A DNA stretch of 63,062 nucleotides from Frankiaceae bacterium (GTDB taxonomy: Bacteria; Actinomycetota; Actinomycetes; JAFAQI01), in assembly GCA_025929365.1 (NCBI GenBank), contig JAICMG010000004.1, forward strand, positions 1 through 63,062, written 5' to 3'. Below, one piece after another: positions 60,846-63,062 of the stretch. The translations under genes were made by a program, and so were the position numbers. Under the pieces are notes generated by a model. The model ran no database searches and had not been told where the DNA came from. It worked only from the letters and a program-made list of their open reading frames with translations. The stretch's first letter is position 1. Each line of letters opens with the position of its first letter.

Positions 60846-60932
60846 ATCACCAGTGTTCGACAGGTTGCGCCCTTCGGTCAAGCCGACGCCCGATTTGTGA
60901 ACCGTTAGCCGGTCCAGGATCCGGACAGCAGT

Positions 60933-62030
60933 TCACAAACCTGAGCCGGGCTCCACGACGCGGTGCATCCAGCCGTGGTTGTCCGGCGTACGGCCGTACT
61001 GCAGGTCGATCAGCGCCGAACGAAGCTTCGTCGCGACCGGGGTTTCGGCAGGCGAGCTGACCTCCCCGCCGTGCCACTTCAGCGTGCCGATCGGGACGAT
61101 GACCGCCGCCGTCCCGCACGCGAAGACCTCGGTGATCTGGCCGGTGTCGACGCCCTTGCGCCACTCGTCGATGTCGACCCGGCGCTCCTCCACCTCGTGG
61201 CCGAGCTCGGCGGCCAGCGTCTTCAGCGCGTCACGAGTCCCGCCTTCGAGGATCGTGCCGGTGAGCTCGGGAGTGACGAGCGTGCCGTCGTCCTGGACGA
61301 ACCAGAGGTTCATCCCACCGAGCTCCTCGACCCATCGGCGCTCAACGGCGTCGAGGAAGAGGACCTGCTCGCAGCCGTTGGCGATGCCCTCCTGCTGAGC
61401 GAGCAGGCTCGCCGCGTAGTTGCCCCCGCACTTCGCCGCTCCGGTGCCACCGGGCGCTGCGCGGGTGTAGTCCTCGGACAGCCAGATCGTCACCTGCTTC
61501 GCCCCCGACGCGAAGTACGGGCCGGCCGGCGATGCGATGACCAGGAAGGTCACGTGGCCGGAAGGTTTCACGCCCAGGCCCACCTCGGTCGCCATCATGA
61601 ACGGGCGCAGATACAGGCTCGCGTCGTCGCTGTCCGGCACCCACGCCGCGTCCTGCGAGACAAGCCGGTCGGAGGCGGCAACGAAGTCGTCGACCGCCAG
61701 CTCGGGCAGCGCGAGTCGATGTGCCGATCGGTTGAAGCGCTCGCCGTTGAAGGCCGGACGGAAGGTCGCGATGCCGCCGTCGGGCTGCCGGTAGGCCTTG
61801 AAACCCTCGAAGATCGCCTGGCCGTAGTGGAAGACATGGCTTGCCGGATCGAGCGTCAGTGGCCCGTACGGACGTACCCGCGCGTTGTGCCAGCCGGAGT
61901 CAGGCGTCCACTCGACCGTGACCATGTGGTCGGTGAAGTGCTTGCCGAACCCGGGCACCGCGAGGATCTCGGCAAGACGCTCGGGTGAGGTCGGATGCGG
62001 CGTCTGCTCAACGCTGAAATCAAGCCCCAT
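60933..62030 (-). CDS. ilvE: Branched-chain amino acid aminotransferase
   Basis: 365 aa, class IV aminotransferase; FGKHFTDHMV, GTGAAKCGGNYAASL, EVFACGTAAV. Confidence 0.93.
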   Translation of the reverse strand: MGLDFSVEQTPHPTSPERLAEILAVPGFGKHFTDHMVTVEWTPDSGWHNARVRPYGPLTLDPASHVFHYGQAIFEGFKAYRQPDGGIATFRPAFNGERFNRSAHRLALPELAVDDFVAASDRLVSQDAAWVPDSDDASLYLRPFMMATEVGLGVKPSGHVTFLVIASPAGPYFASGAKQVTIWLSEDYTRAAPGGTGAAKCGGNYAASLLAQQEGIANGCEQVLFLDAVERRWVEELGGMNLWFVQDDGTLVTPELTGTILEGGTRDALKTLAAELGHEVEERRVDIDEWRKGVDTGQITEVFACGTAAVIVPIGTLKWHGGEVSSPAETPVATKLRSALIDLQYGRTPDNHGWMHRVVEPGSGL

Positions 62031-62039
62031 GATCCGAGA

Positions 62040-63062
62040 TTAGGTCAGCCGCGCAGTGATCGCATCCCCGATATCGGTCGTACTGCGCTCGGCCGAGCCG
62101 CGCTCAGCGAGATCGCCGGCGGCGGCGGCTTCCACGCGCTTGCCCGCATCGCCCAGCCCGATCGAGTCCAGCAGCATCGCGACTGACAAGACGGTGGCAG
62201 TTGGATCGGCCAGGCTCTGCCCGGCGATGTCGGGCGCGCTGCCGTGCACCGGCTCGAACATGCTCGGGGCAGTGCCATCCACGTTGAGGTTGCCGCTCGC
62301 GGCAAGCCCGATGCCGCCGGCGATGGCGGCACCCAGGTCAGTGACGATGTCGCCGAACAGGTTGTCGGTCACCACCACGTCGAAGCGCTGCGGCTGGGTG
62401 ACGAAGTAGAGGCAGGCCGCGTCGACGTGCGCGTAGTCGACGGCGACGTCAGGAAACTCAGGTGCGACGTCGTCGACAGTGCGCTGCCACAACCCGCCGG
62501 CGTGCACCAGCACGTTGGTCTTGTGCACGAGGGTCAGCTTCTTGCGCGGCCGCGCCGAAGCGCGGGCGAACGCATCCCGCACGACGCGCTCGACGCCGTA
62601 CCTCGTGTTGACGCTCTCCTCGTTGGCGACCTCGTTGGGTGTGCCGTGCCGCATCGAACCGCCGACGCCGACGTAGGGACCCTCGGTGCCTTCCCGTACG
62701 ACGACCATGTCGATGTCGCCGGGCTCGACACCGGCCAGTGGGGTGCTGACGCCTGGGTAGAGCTTGACCGGCCGCAGGTTGACGGCGTGCTCGAACGCGA
62801 ACCGCAGCTTGAGCAGCAGGCCTCGCTCGAGAACCCCTGATGGGACCGTCGGGTCGCCGACCGCGCCGAGCAGGATCGCGTCGTGGCCGCGGAGCTCCTC
62901 CAGAACGCTGTCCGGCAATGTCTCGCCGGTACGGTGCCAGCGCGCGGCACCGAGGTCGTAGTCGGTGGTCTCGACCTTCACGCCGTCAGGCTCTACGGCA
63001 GCGCGGAGGACCTTCAGCCCCTCGGCGACGACCTCGGGACCGATGCCGTCGCCGGCGATCAC
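62040..63062 (-). CDS. leuB: 3-isopropylmalate dehydrogenase; the N-terminus probably runs off the window
   Basis: [36 protein letters not shown]. The typical N-terminus has a few more residues before GDGIGPE. Confidence 0.92.
   Translation of the reverse strand: MIAGDGIGPEVVAEGLKVLRAAVEPDGVKVETTDYDLGAARWHRTGETLPDSVLEELRGHDAILLGAVGDPTVPSGVLERGLLLKLRFAFEHAVNLRPVKLYPGVSTPLAGVEPGDIDMVVVREGTEGPYVGVGGSMRHGTPNEVANEESVNTRYGVERVVRDAFARASARPRKKLTLVHKTNVLVHAGGLWQRTVDDVAPEFPDVAVDYAHVDAACLYFVTQPQRFDVVVTDNLFGDIVTDLGAAIAGGIGLAASGNLNVDGTAPSMFEPVHGSAPDIAGQSLADPTATVLSVAMLLDSIGLGDAGKRVEAAAAGDLAERGSAERSTTDIGDAITARLT

Overview
High-GC (about 70%) actinobacterial chromosomal core. Almost every gene is on the minus strand, and the synteny matches Streptomyces and Mycobacterium. 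Reading right to left on the minus strand:
- leuB-ilvE-cimA
- AKR-FAH-gltX, then tRNA-Gln and tRNA-Glu
- leuCD-hupB
- plsC-gpsA, a PLP transsulfuration enzyme, a P60 hydrolase and ddl
- thiL-thiD-GNAT
- recG-rsmD-coaD, a SepIVA-like gene, DUF177, rpmF, an ACP-like gene, rnc and mutM
- smc-ftsY-amt-glnK-amt-glnD
- fadD, ffh
- rpsP, a KH gene, rimM-trmD-rplS-lepB-rnhB, DUF2469, yraN, comM, dprA, xerC and whiG
- rpsB-tsf-pyrH-frr-cdsA-rlmN, a secreted protein and dxr

Plus-strand genes are few: an M23 peptidase, an SDR-like gene, rpmB, an AsnC-like gene, DUF3515, fbiD, a CSD-like gene, ltbR, and a BNR protein. They also include one small variable patch at 51.8-55.1 kb holding a DUF3494 surface protein, a class F sortase, DUF2795, a zinc-ribbon protein and an HNH nuclease.

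I found no CRISPR array, transposase, integrase, prophage or recognisable defence system. I do not see a clearly novel multi-gene system. The most unusual observations are:
- a second Amt paralogue in the nitrogen operon with a natural His-to-Glu change in the twin-His pore, downstream of a clear GlnR box
- an attenuator-like leader (terminator hairpin plus a tiny Ile-Ile uORF) directly upstream of cimA
- a dispersed, roughly 50-nt GC-rich palindromic (REP-like) element with four copies at two loci
- an orphan carrier protein sitting in the ancestral acpP position between rpmF and rnc
- three conserved genes whose conserved N-termini lie upstream of any ATG/GTG/TTG codon, implying CTG or ATC starts

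All calls come from reading the sequence and the ORF track by eye. No database searches were run.
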